Positions 9,037-20,495 of a stretch of DNA of 32,000 nt are shown one piece after another; positions within the stretch are counted from its first letter, which is position 1; each line of letters opens with the position of its first letter. The stretch comes from Pseudodesulfovibrio piezophilus C1TLV30. Its GTDB lineage: Bacteria > Desulfobacterota > Desulfovibrionia > Desulfovibrionales > Desulfovibrionaceae. The notes under the pieces were generated by a model. The model searched no databases. It was not told the DNA's origin and saw only the letters and a list, made by a program, of their open reading frames with translations. Location: NCBI RefSeq assembly GCF_000341895.1, contig NC_020409.1:3422411-3454410 (forward strand), written 5' to 3'. The position numbers and the translations under genes are program-made.

Positions 9037-9819
9037 TTATTTGTATTTTAAAAGGATGGTTGCCATGCGGCCATCCTTTTTCATTGTCGCCAATTCCCGG
9101 TTAAAACTTTTAATGAATACTTGACTGCACGTGTTCTTGTTAAAGGCGAATCTGTATGGGGCGCTTGCTATCGGCTTCTTGCCGTATTGAAAAGTGTCGG
9201 CCTTGATTTCCGGTGAGTTTCTCATAATCCATTCAGCAACGGTCTTGTTGGTGATTGCCCCATCAAGTCGGCCGCGTTGTATCATCATCAGGAGTTGTTT
9301 GGTCGTATTGGCTTTGTGGGAATGAATGAGTTTTCTGTCGAGCAGGGGCTGTAGGGTGGGATAATTGAAACCATGAACAATGCCTATGCTCAATCCGATG
9401 AGTGATTCCGGAGGTTTAGGGAAGCGTGGTTTGCGGTAGATGAGCACGTCACTGGATACGATGATCGGATCGGTCCAGAGATACTGATCCGGATTATCAA
9501 CCCATTCCCGAGCTTTCGGATAAGCGTCAACCTCCCCATCTTTCACGAGCAGACTGTTTCGCAATTCAGGTGACACTGCATAAGTGATGGGAATTCCGTG
9601 TACGCGGGCTATTTCTTCCATCACATCCAACATGATACCTGCGAACCGGAAATGAACTTTATCCACGATGACATAGGGAGGCCAGCCTTGAGGGGGCACT
9701 GCAACAATAAGAGCCTTGGGGGTCTCTCGGGCATGGCCCGAAAGCGCGCAAGCAAAGAGTATGCTGGCGAGGAGGACAAGGAACCGGAGAAGTCTGTCGA
9801 GTTTCTGAAAGCGTTGCAT
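9037..9819 (-). CDS. Periplasmic solute-binding protein, family 3 (amino-acid-type), orphan
   Basis: 260 aa. Signal peptide LLRFLVLLASILFACALSGHA, then a PBP type-2 layout (VAVPPQGWPPY..., DAYPKAREW..., GRLDGAI...). No permease or ATPase genes lie adjacent. Confidence 0.7.
   Translation of the reverse strand: MQRFQKLDRLLRFLVLLASILFACALSGHARETPKALIVAVPPQGWPPYVIVDKVHFRFAGIMLDVMEEIARVHGIPITYAVSPELRNSLLVKDGEVDAYPKAREWVDNPDQYLWTDPIIVSSDVLIYRKPRFPKPPESLIGLSIGIVHGFNYPTLQPLLDRKLIHSHKANTTKQLLMMIQRGRLDGAITNKTVAEWIMRNSPEIKADTFQYGKKPIASAPYRFAFNKNTCSQVFIKSFNRELATMKKDGRMATILLKYK
9050..9081 (+). terminator. Intrinsic terminator for aspA, embedded in the last codons of the convergent solute-binding-protein gene
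   Basis: AAAAGGATGG-ttgccatgcgg-CCATCCTTTTT starts 16 nt after the aspA stop. It is a 10-bp perfect stem followed by a T-run on the + strand, with an A-run giving a U-tract on the minus strand. Confidence 0.65.
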
Positions 9820-9992
9820 TGGATATCGTTATCATGATTTCTTGTATTGACAGTTCTAATCTAAGTGAACTCCCTCCATGAGTCCACATTTTTCAATGTT
9901 GAGGCTGCGGTTGCTTTTCCATGGGAACTCCTTTATCTTTTATAGAGTATCTCATGACATTATCAAGTCGCATGACGAGAGGTGGAGAGTTG

Positions 9993-10751
9993 ATGCGTCG
10001 GATCATCATGCTGTTGGGTATAGCCCTTTTTACGACCATGGCGGGATGTGCATCCATCAACCCGTTCCAGAAACATGTCTACTCCACCCCTCCCGGCAAA
10101 ACGGATTCTGCCGTTGCCCGAAGTTACGATCCCAAGATCAAGCCCTATACAGTCCTTGGCAGGACATATTATCCCCTGAAGAATGCAGCCGGATATGATG
10201 AAGTCGGTATGGCCTCTTGGTATGGTGAAGATTTTCATGGTAAAAAAACAGCCAATGGTCAGCATTACAATATGTATGGTGTTTCGGCTGCACACAAGAC
10301 GCTCCCTTTGGGGACACGGGTCAGGGTGACAAATCTTGCCAATAAACGGTCTGTTGTCCTGGTCGTCAATGATCGTGGGCCGTTTGTCCGGGGGCGGATT
10401 CTTGACCTTTCCTATGGGGCAGCAAAAGAATTGGGGACAGTCGAGCAGGGGGTGGCCAGAGTCCGAATCACGGCTCTTAGTTCGATGCCTGCAAAGACTC
10501 GGACTGTTGCCCGGACAGCTCTCAAATATTACTCAGTTCGCGTCGGAGCGTTTGCGCTTCGGGACAATGCGGAACGCACATACAAACAACTCCTTGCCTC
10601 CGGATACCATAATGCCAATATTACCACTATTGTCAGCAAGGGGGTTCGCCTGCATGTTGTCCAGGCCGGGAGTTTTATCAGTCGGGATAAGGCAGAACAA
10701 GTTCAGCAAAGGCTCAAGCCGGAATTTCCGACTTGTTACATCATTAGCTGA
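9993..10751 (+). CDS. rlpA: Septal-ring lytic transglycosylase RlpA (lipoprotein with DPBB and SPOR domains)
   Basis: Lipobox in MRRIIMLLGIALFTTMAGCAS. DPBB core: ASWYGEDFHGKKTANGQHYNMYGVSAAHKTLPLGTRVRVTNL...VVNDRGPF. C-terminal SPOR: YSVRVGAFALRDNAERTYKQL...VQAGSFISRDKAEQV. A GGTGGAG RBS lies upstream of the ATG at 9993. The track start at 9921 adds 24 aa before the signal peptide. Confidence 0.9.
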   Translation: MRRIIMLLGIALFTTMAGCASINPFQKHVYSTPPGKTDSAVARSYDPKIKPYTVLGRTYYPLKNAAGYDEVGMASWYGEDFHGKKTANGQHYNMYGVSAAHKTLPLGTRVRVTNLANKRSVVLVVNDRGPFVRGRILDLSYGAAKELGTVEQGVARVRITALSSMPAKTRTVARTALKYYSVRVGAFALRDNAERTYKQLLASGYHNANITTIVSKGVRLHVVQAGSFISRDKAEQVQQRLKPEFPTCYIIS

Positions 10752-10842
10752 TTCAAGTGACTCTCTGGTAGCAGAGGCGAGAATGTTTTTCCTGCCTCTC
10801 CGCTAGTGTTGCGTGAAAGCTGTTCGAACACAGACACAAAAA

Positions 10843-10884
10843 AAGACAGCGACCACTATGTGTTTAGGACACTCTGGTGCTGTC
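10843..10884. terminator. Probable bidirectional terminator between the convergent rlpA and lipoprotein genes
   Basis: AGACAGCGACCA ... TGGTGCTGTCT forms an 11-bp stem with one bulged G and a 19-nt loop. ACAAAAAAAG precedes it and TCTTG follows. Confidence 0.45.
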
Positions 10885-10910
10885 TTCTTGAAAAGCTGTC
10901 AGGCTTTTCG

Positions 10911-11351
10911 TTACTGCTTCAGGTGCCAGACGCCGTGATCATCGCGCCAAGCCTTGGCCATGACTGTATGCCCTTCCTTTTCATCCTTGATGACGATATC
11001 CCGGTAGACCTTGTTGTCTGCCATGTAGGGCAAATCCGGAGTTGCCGAGTATGATTCGCCGGTATCAGGGTTCTGCCAGGATGTTGTCTCGCCTGACTTG
11101 GTCGTTTCAAGAACGCGTTGGACCTTTTGCTCGTCGCTCTTGTCCCATTCATTGCCTACGATGTACCCCATGAGGACTCCGACACCGGCTCCGACTGCGG
11201 CACCGAGGAGTTTGTTCTTGAATGTCAACGCACCAATGGTGGCTCCAGCCAGACCTCCGACAGATGCTCCCTGTTGTGCCCTGTTGGCGGCGCATCCGAA
11301 TCCGGTGGCCAGGAAGCAGAAGAGTATTGATGTGACGAAAATTTTCTTCAT
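10911..11351 (-). CDS. Glycine-zipper outer-membrane lipoprotein (17-kDa surface-antigen-like)
   Basis: Lipobox in MKKIFVTSILFCFLATGFGCAA. Glycine-zipper region: GASVGGLAGATIGAL...LLGAAVGAGVGVLMGYIVG. The C-terminal segment contains WQNPDTGESY. Confidence 0.7.
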   Translation of the reverse strand: MKKIFVTSILFCFLATGFGCAANRAQQGASVGGLAGATIGALTFKNKLLGAAVGAGVGVLMGYIVGNEWDKSDEQKVQRVLETTKSGETTSWQNPDTGESYSATPDLPYMADNKVYRDIVIKDEKEGHTVMAKAWRDDHGVWHLKQ

Positions 11352-11548
11352 AGTTCACCTTTCCTTTTGAAGTTATGAAGTGACTATAGCGCACATGAGG
11401 AATGAATGTACATAGTGTGCAAAAAACAGTGCAAAAATAAAAGGTGAAAAATCTTTGGTATCTCCCATGAACCAGGACGGTTGGGATCAGCTTTTGCATA
11501 GTGATGGAATCGCGTATCATCACTCGTGACAGCGAGAAGGAAGTCGGA

Positions 11549-14188
11549 ATGCCCATGAAAATAATGATCAAATTTTGTCTTTTTCTGGTTTTGACCTGTT
11601 TGGTACCCAATGGGGCACAAGCGGAAAAAGCCAAAAAGAATGTTCTCTACCTCAATTCATATCATGACGGATATCAGTGGTCTGACTCCATTATGGATGG
11701 GGTTCGATCAATTCTTGATGAGAGCGAATTCAAAATAAATCTTCAAGTCGAATATATGGATTTCAAGCGGTATGAGCATGATGCCGTTTCTGGAATGCTT
11801 CTTCGGCTCTACAAGGAAAAATTCGCGCATGAAGCCTTCGATGTCGTGATGGCCGTGGATGACGATGCCTTCATGTTTGCAAGTGAATTTCGAAATGAAT
11901 TGTTTCCGGGTGTCCCGCTGGTCTTCTGCGGTGTGAACGATTTGAAGGACGGAGCGCTTAAGCAAGGCAACGTGACTGGTCTCGTGGAGAATTTCAACCT
12001 GATGCAGACTTTGGATGTCGCCCTCAAGTTGCATCCGGATAAGAGACGGATGATTGTCGTGGGAGATACTTCCACCGCCGGATTGGCTATCAAGCAGCAG
12101 GTTGAGCATGGTGTCGAGAAGTACCAGCCGCATCTTGAAGTTGAATACTGGACTCGACTGACGCTGGCTGAAGTGCTTGAACGGGTCAAGGTGCTGCCAT
12201 CGGATACCTTCTTGTTTTTCATCCCGTACTATCAGACCATTGGCGGGCGCTTTTACACTGCTGAAGATGTCATGGCCGCCATTTATAGGCATTCCGCTGT
12301 TCCTATTTACACGGCATGGGAGTTCCTGCTGGGTAATGGTGCAGTGGGGGGAAGGATGTTGTCGGGCTTCAAGCATGGGCAACAGGCTGCATCTGTCGCC
12401 CTTCGGATTCTCAAAGGGGAATCCGCAGACAGCATCCCTGTCTTTAAGGAGCCGACAGGTGAATATGTCTTCGATTATCAAGTCTTATGGCGGTTGGGTA
12501 TCACAGAAGAGCTTTTACCTCCTAACAGCCGTCTGATCAACGCACCGAGTCCATTTTATGAGTTGCCCAAGGAACTCTTCTGGACCATTATCGTGAGTTT
12601 TGTGCTGCTCTTGGTTGTCATGGCATTTTTGGTCACGACCATGACTGAACGGCGTAAGGTTGAAAGAAAAATCAAGGACCAGTTGGCTTTTCAGGAAACA
12701 TTGATGGACGCTGTCCCTCAGCTTGTTTCATGGAAGGATCGTCAAGGAATATATCTCGGAACCAATCGGGCCTTTGCAGAATTCTTCGGTGGTGAAGGAA
12801 GCGGTAATGGGGTGAATTGGCTGGCCAAAAATGACACACGTGATCCTGAGCATGTTGCCTGGGCAACCGGGGCAGACTTGACTGTGTTGAGTCAAGGGGT
12901 AGGGCTCAGGAAAGTTCGACGCAAACTCATGGATGCCAATGGCAATCATGCGTGGCTTGAGATCAACAAGGTGCCCATTCATGATCAGGCCGGAGCGATC
13001 GTCGGTGTATTGAGCACGGCCGAGAATATTACCAAGGAGCGCAATCTCGAAAAACAGCTTCTGCAATCACAAAAGATGGAAGCTATTGGAACTCTGGCCG
13101 GAGGAATTGCACATGATTTCAATAACATATTGACATCAATTATCAACTCTACAGAGCTGGCCGTGGGAGATGTTGATTCGGATTCAGTGACCAGTAAAGA
13201 TTTGCAACGGGTGCTGAAGGCCGCGCGGCGTGGTGGCCGGGTGGTGAAGCAGATTCTCGCTTTTAGTCGGCCTTCCACCGAGGGATTCCGCTCAACGGAT
13301 GTCGGGAGTGTTGTTTCAGAAGTCCTCGGTCTTCTCGAGGCCTCCATGCCCAGTAATATTCGGGTACGTTCAAGTATCGCTCCCATGCTTGACTTTGTCC
13401 GTGCAGACCCGACTCAGTTGCACCAGGTGGCCATGAATCTCTGCACGAATTCATTTCATGCTCTGCGAGGGAAGGGCGGTATTATCGAAGTCCGCGTGGA
13501 CCAGGCTGTTCTCGCCAAGGAAGATGCCCGTATCCTGGGGCTGGCTCCCGGTGAATATGTTCGTATGAGTATTGAGGACAACGGACCTGGTATTCCTCCT
13601 GAAATTATTGATAAGATATTTGATCCGTTTTTTTCTACTAAGGATAAGACCGAAGGCACCGGGTTGGGGCTTTCCGTAGTGCATGGTATTATACGCAGTC
13701 ACGGAGGAGGGCTTCAGGTTACCGGCAGGACCGGCGGCGGCACTGTTTTTGAAATTTATTTGCCCAAAGTGGACAAAAGTGACGTTGAATTACCCAGCAG
13801 CGGTACATTCACGATTCCGGGATGGGCGCACGTCCTTTTCGTGGAAGACGATTATGATCAATTGCACACCACGCCGCGTCTGCTCAGGACCATGGGGTAT
13901 GAAGTGACAGCGATTCGAGACCCGGAAGAGGCCATTGTCCGTGTCAAGGGAATGCCACATATATTCGACCTGCTTATCACTGATTATGACATGCCTGGCA
14001 TGAGCGGGACTCAATTGGCAATAGAAGTTGCTCATCATGTCCCCAATATGCCGATTATCCTGGTTTCCGGTCGTGAAGATGCTGCGACTGCCGCTGCCCA
14101 CTTGCCCAATATCCGTCAGGTGGTTATCAAACCATATGACAAGGATGACCTGTCAGAAGCGATTTCGGCGGTCATGAATTCGAAATAA
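11549..14188 (+). CDS. Hybrid sensor histidine kinase: periplasmic PBP-like sensor domain, TM, PAS, HisKA, HATPase, receiver
   Basis: Signal/TM1 is MKIMIKFCLFLVLTCLV. A roughly 320-aa periplasmic region begins KKNVLYLNSYHDGYQWSDS, resembling the ABC-substrate-binding-like sensor domains of many kinases. TM2 is LFWTIIVSFVLLLVVMAFLVTTM. The PAS segment is LMDAVPQLVSWKDRQGIYLGTNRAF..., the H-box is GGIAHDFNNILTSI, and the G-boxes are DNGPGIPPE and GTGLGLSVV. The C-terminal receiver is VLFVEDDYDQ...LLITDYDMPGMSG. The ATG at 11549 follows AAGGAAG. Alternative starts are 11501 and 11555. Confidence 0.9.
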   Translation: MPMKIMIKFCLFLVLTCLVPNGAQAEKAKKNVLYLNSYHDGYQWSDSIMDGVRSILDESEFKINLQVEYMDFKRYEHDAVSGMLLRLYKEKFAHEAFDVVMAVDDDAFMFASEFRNELFPGVPLVFCGVNDLKDGALKQGNVTGLVENFNLMQTLDVALKLHPDKRRMIVVGDTSTAGLAIKQQVEHGVEKYQPHLEVEYWTRLTLAEVLERVKVLPSDTFLFFIPYYQTIGGRFYTAEDVMAAIYRHSAVPIYTAWEFLLGNGAVGGRMLSGFKHGQQAASVALRILKGESADSIPVFKEPTGEYVFDYQVLWRLGITEELLPPNSRLINAPSPFYELPKELFWTIIVSFVLLLVVMAFLVTTMTERRKVERKIKDQLAFQETLMDAVPQLVSWKDRQGIYLGTNRAFAEFFGGEGSGNGVNWLAKNDTRDPEHVAWATGADLTVLSQGVGLRKVRRKLMDANGNHAWLEINKVPIHDQAGAIVGVLSTAENITKERNLEKQLLQSQKMEAIGTLAGGIAHDFNNILTSIINSTELAVGDVDSDSVTSKDLQRVLKAARRGGRVVKQILAFSRPSTEGFRSTDVGSVVSEVLGLLEASMPSNIRVRSSIAPMLDFVRADPTQLHQVAMNLCTNSFHALRGKGGIIEVRVDQAVLAKEDARILGLAPGEYVRMSIEDNGPGIPPEIIDKIFDPFFSTKDKTEGTGLGLSVVHGIIRSHGGGLQVTGRTGGGTVFEIYLPKVDKSDVELPSSGTFTIPGWAHVLFVEDDYDQLHTTPRLLRTMGYEVTAIRDPEEAIVRVKGMPHIFDLLITDYDMPGMSGTQLAIEVAHHVPNMPIILVSGREDAATAAAHLPNIRQVVIKPYDKDDLSEAISAVMNSK

Positions 14189-14209
14189 GGAACGCCAAAG
14201 GGGATCAGC

Positions 14210-15652
14210 GTGGCGAATATATTGATCATAGATGATGATTTCGAAGTCTGCGAAACCATGGAAAGCCTCATCACACGGCTGACGCATCAGTGCGATGCTG
14301 CCCATACGCTTGAAGAGGGACTCCGACTCGCCCGAGCTAATGAATATGATGTTGTTTTTCTGGATGTCCGTCTCCCGGATGGCAATAGTCTGGATATGTT
14401 GCCAGACATAATGGCTCTGCCGACACCACCGGAAGTGATTATTCTCACCGGAAAAGGTGATCCTGACGGAGCCGAATTGGCGATTGTGGGAGGAGCTTGG
14501 GATTATCTCCTCAAGCCTTCGAGTGTTCGGGAAATATCCCTAACCCTTGGTCGTGCATTGAAATATCATGAAGAGAAGGTTGGCAAGGACAAGGGAGATA
14601 GCCTTGATCTCGCGAATGTTGTCGGAGCGAGTCCCTCCATTCGAGCCAGCTTCGAACTCATGGCTCAGGCTGCCCGCTCGGATACCAACGTCCTCATCAA
14701 TGGGCATACTGGAACCGGAAAAGAACTTTTCGCTTCGACCATTCATGCCAACTCCAAGCGGAGAAGCGGACAGTTCGTCGTGGTTGATTGTGCTGGGTTG
14801 ACTGAATCTCTGGTCGAGTCAACGCTATTTGGCCATCGCAAAGGGGCGTTTACCGGAGCACAATCAGACAGGATCGGTTTGATCAAGTTGGCCGACGGTG
14901 GAACACTCTTTCTGGATGAGATTGGTGAGATTCCTCTTTCCATTCAGAAAGCGTTTTTGCGCGTGTTGCAGGAACGAACTTTTCGTCCTGTCGGTGATAC
15001 TCGTGAACAGACAAGTAATTTCAGGTTGATAGCAGCTACCAACAAAGATTTGGACCAAATGGTCGAAAAGGGAGAATTTCGCTCTGACCTCCTCTTTCGT
15101 ATTAAAACAATGCGTATTTTGCTGCCTCCCCTTTCTCAAAGGCCGGAAGATATTCGCCCGTTGGCTGAATTTCGAGTCAAAAGGTTGTGCGAGCAATACG
15201 GCATGGGAGAGAAGGCTTTTGGCTCGGATTTCTTTTCCACGCTTGAGAGCTATTCCTGGCCGGGAAATATTCGGGAACTGTTTAATATCCTTGAGCGAGC
15301 CGTCATCGCTGCCGGGGATGAAAAGACACTTTACACCATGCATTTGCCCCGGACTCTTCGTATTCAGGTAGCCAAGTCGCAGATCAAAAGAATGACGGGG
15401 TCGGAAGTCGTCGCTGATGTCCCTGTCGCGCCCGGCGGTGGGGGAGTCTGGAAAATTGGACAGGAAATTTTTGAAGATATTTTCGATCAGGAGTTGCCAA
15501 CCTTAAGGGAATTCAAGGGGATAGCAGAAAAAGTCTACCTTGGGGAATTGATCCGCCAATGCGGTGGTGATCTGCAAAAAATTCTCAAGGCTTCGCAACT
15601 TTCTCGTTCTCATTTCTATTCTTTATTGAAAAAATATGGATTGTCGCTCTAA
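14210..15652 (+). CDS. Sigma-54-dependent response regulator (NtrC family: receiver, AAA+ activator, Fis-type HTH)
   Basis: The receiver is ILIIDDDFEVCE...VVFLDVRLPDG. The Walker A motif is GHTGTGKE, the sigma-54 contact loop is GAFTGA within GHRKGAFTGAQ, and the Walker B motif is GTLFLDEIGE. The C-terminal HTH is ILKASQLSRSHFYSLLKKYGL. It has a GTG start 22 nt after the kinase stop. Confidence 0.92.
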   Translation: MANILIIDDDFEVCETMESLITRLTHQCDAAHTLEEGLRLARANEYDVVFLDVRLPDGNSLDMLPDIMALPTPPEVIILTGKGDPDGAELAIVGGAWDYLLKPSSVREISLTLGRALKYHEEKVGKDKGDSLDLANVVGASPSIRASFELMAQAARSDTNVLINGHTGTGKELFASTIHANSKRRSGQFVVVDCAGLTESLVESTLFGHRKGAFTGAQSDRIGLIKLADGGTLFLDEIGEIPLSIQKAFLRVLQERTFRPVGDTREQTSNFRLIAATNKDLDQMVEKGEFRSDLLFRIKTMRILLPPLSQRPEDIRPLAEFRVKRLCEQYGMGEKAFGSDFFSTLESYSWPGNIRELFNILERAVIAAGDEKTLYTMHLPRTLRIQVAKSQIKRMTGSEVVADVPVAPGGGGVWKIGQEIFEDIFDQELPTLREFKGIAEKVYLGELIRQCGGDLQKILKASQLSRSHFYSLLKKYGLSL

Positions 15653-15874
15653 TGGGTATTGAAATTGTCTGAAATATACTCCATAAGGCTGAACCAACTC
15701 GCCTGCGTAATACCATATTGTGTGGGTCTGTTTGTTACACTGAGCGAGTGAAAGACTGTATTCCCCTATGGATAATGTTTTCTGACAGGGGGATTCTTGT
15801 TTTTTTGTTACAGAAGCCGATTTTTGACTTCCTTTCAAAACGCCAAGCGTGTAAGGGGAGTTAATACTTGAGCG

Positions 15875-15880
15875 TATAAT
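15875..15880 (+). promoter_or_regulatory. Candidate sigma-70 -10 box (TATAAT) for the HU gene
   Basis: A perfect TATAAT lies 40 nt upstream of the HU ATG. No convincing -35 element sits at 17-bp spacing. Confidence 0.3.
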
Positions 15881-15919
15881 GTACGTTGATCACTTTTATA
15901 AACCACTAAGGAGAGACAG

Positions 15920-16192
15920 ATGACCAAAGCAGAACTTGTTGCAAAAATCGCTGACAAGAACGGCTCCTCCAAAGCACAGGCTGAAGCTTCAATGAATGCC
16001 ATTCTTGACACCATCAAGGACGAACTGGCCGCAGGGAGCAAGATTACCCTGACCGGTTTCGGCACCTTCAGCGTGAGCGAACGTAAGGCCCGTACTGGCC
16101 GTAACCCCCGTACCGGTGATGAAATCAAGATCCCGGCATGCAAGGTTGCTCAGTTCAAGCCTGGAAAGGTTCTGAAAGAAGCCGTCAAGTAA
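15920..16192 (+). CDS. hup: Nucleoid-associated DNA-binding protein HU
   Basis: 90 aa: MTKAELVAKIADK...ITLTGFGTFSVSERKARTGRNPRTGDEIKIPACKVAQFKPGKVLKEAV. This is the canonical HU/IHF fold signature and is HU-like in length and arm sequence. An AAGGAGAG RBS precedes it. Confidence 0.93.
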   Translation: MTKAELVAKIADKNGSSKAQAEASMNAILDTIKDELAAGSKITLTGFGTFSVSERKARTGRNPRTGDEIKIPACKVAQFKPGKVLKEAVK

Positions 16193-16212
16193 CTCGGTTT
16201 TTGAAGAAATAT

Positions 16213-16252
16213 GAAGACCCCATCCTCAGGGATGGGGTCTTCTTGTTTTTTT
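16213..16252 (+). terminator. Strong intrinsic terminator after the HU gene
   Basis: GAAGACCCCATCC-tcag-GGATGGGGTCTTC is a perfect 13-bp stem (16213..16242) followed by TTGTTTTTTT. Confidence 0.9.
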
Positions 16253-16687
16253 GAGTGCCTACTTTCGTCAATGTTTTTCTTTTTTTAGGCGGTTCTGTTT
16301 GTCTGACCCGAAAAAAGTGGGTGAGAGCAGGGCGACAAAATCAGATTTTACGACTATTACTTGTCTTCAGAGGGAAGTTCCTGGTTGGGTGTACTCGAAC
16401 TGTGTGTTCATTGAATGCGCGATACTACTGATTTGTGAGTATATCTTCCCTAGTATTGCATACTGGACACGGTCAGTCTGAAAAAACGGACAGCATGGAA
16501 TGACCCAAAAATACAAGTCTTTTTAGATAAGATGCACGAAATGGATGTTTTTTTATCCGTTGGGAGACCTCTGCTTGCTTTTCTTGTCTTGTTTTTCGGA
16601 CTGAAACGATCGTGTATCAAGTGTGACAATTTTATTTTTTTTAGCTATCTCACTATAATATTGGAATAAACCCCTTTATTATAGTTT

Positions 16688-16702
16688 TGGCACGGTTGTT
16701 GA
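16688..16702 (+). promoter_or_regulatory. Sigma-54 (-24/-12) promoter upstream of por
   Basis: TGGCACGgttgTTGA versus the consensus TGGCACG-N4-TTGCW. The spacing is exact and the -24 GG is present. The only mismatch among the defined positions is C to A at the last base of TTGC. It lies about 95 nt upstream of the por start and downstream of the adjacent sigma-54 activator gene. It is the only TGGCAC in the window that is both intergenic and correctly oriented. Confidence 0.6.
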
Positions 16703-16708
16703 GTATAG

Positions 16709-20386
<3,678 letters not shown>

Positions 20387-20399
20387 TCGTTAGATGTTT

Positions 20400-20465
20400 G
20401 CGCGGGGCGGGATATTGCGGAGGCTTGTTGCCTAGCCCGCCCTGCGCGTTTTTAATCATGTGGGA
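20400..20465 (+). terminator. Terminator/attenuator-like hairpin between por and the lactate permease gene
   Basis: GCGCGGGGCGGG (20400..20411) pairs with CCCGCCCTGCGC (20446..20457), including one G-U pair, around a 34-nt loop that holds a smaller AGGC/GCCT hairpin. GTTTTTA follows. Confidence 0.5.
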
Positions 20466-20495
20466 ATCACCCCACAATTTTGGAGGAGTTTTATA

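Noticed and set aside
15623-16143. Minus-strand ORFs 15623..15838 (71 aa) and 15835..16143 (102 aa) around the HU gene. Also a weak hairpin plus T-run at about 15762..15806 as a terminator for the activator gene.
   Set aside because: The ORFs overlap the 3' end of the EBP gene or are antisense to an unmistakable HU gene, and lack an RBS. The hairpin (TCCCCT...AGGGGGA with a 19-nt loop) pairs too poorly to report as a terminator, although the TTGTTTTTTTG run is suggestive.
16251-16481. 76-aa + strand ORF in the por upstream region (MSAYFRQCFSFFRRFCLSDPKK...).
   Set aside because: It begins inside the T-tract of the HU terminator with a non-ATG start and has no RBS. Its composition is odd (Phe/Cys/Arg-rich) and it has no recognisable motif. 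The region is better explained as regulatory DNA.
16654-16659. TATAAT hexamer upstream of por as a sigma-70 promoter. A similar TATAAT lies at 22264..22269 before the glcD-like gene.
   Set aside because: Neither has an acceptable -35 at 16-18 bp spacing; the nearest TTGACA-like GTGACA at 16623..16628 is 25 bp away. I kept them only as a possibility under the leader finding, not as features.
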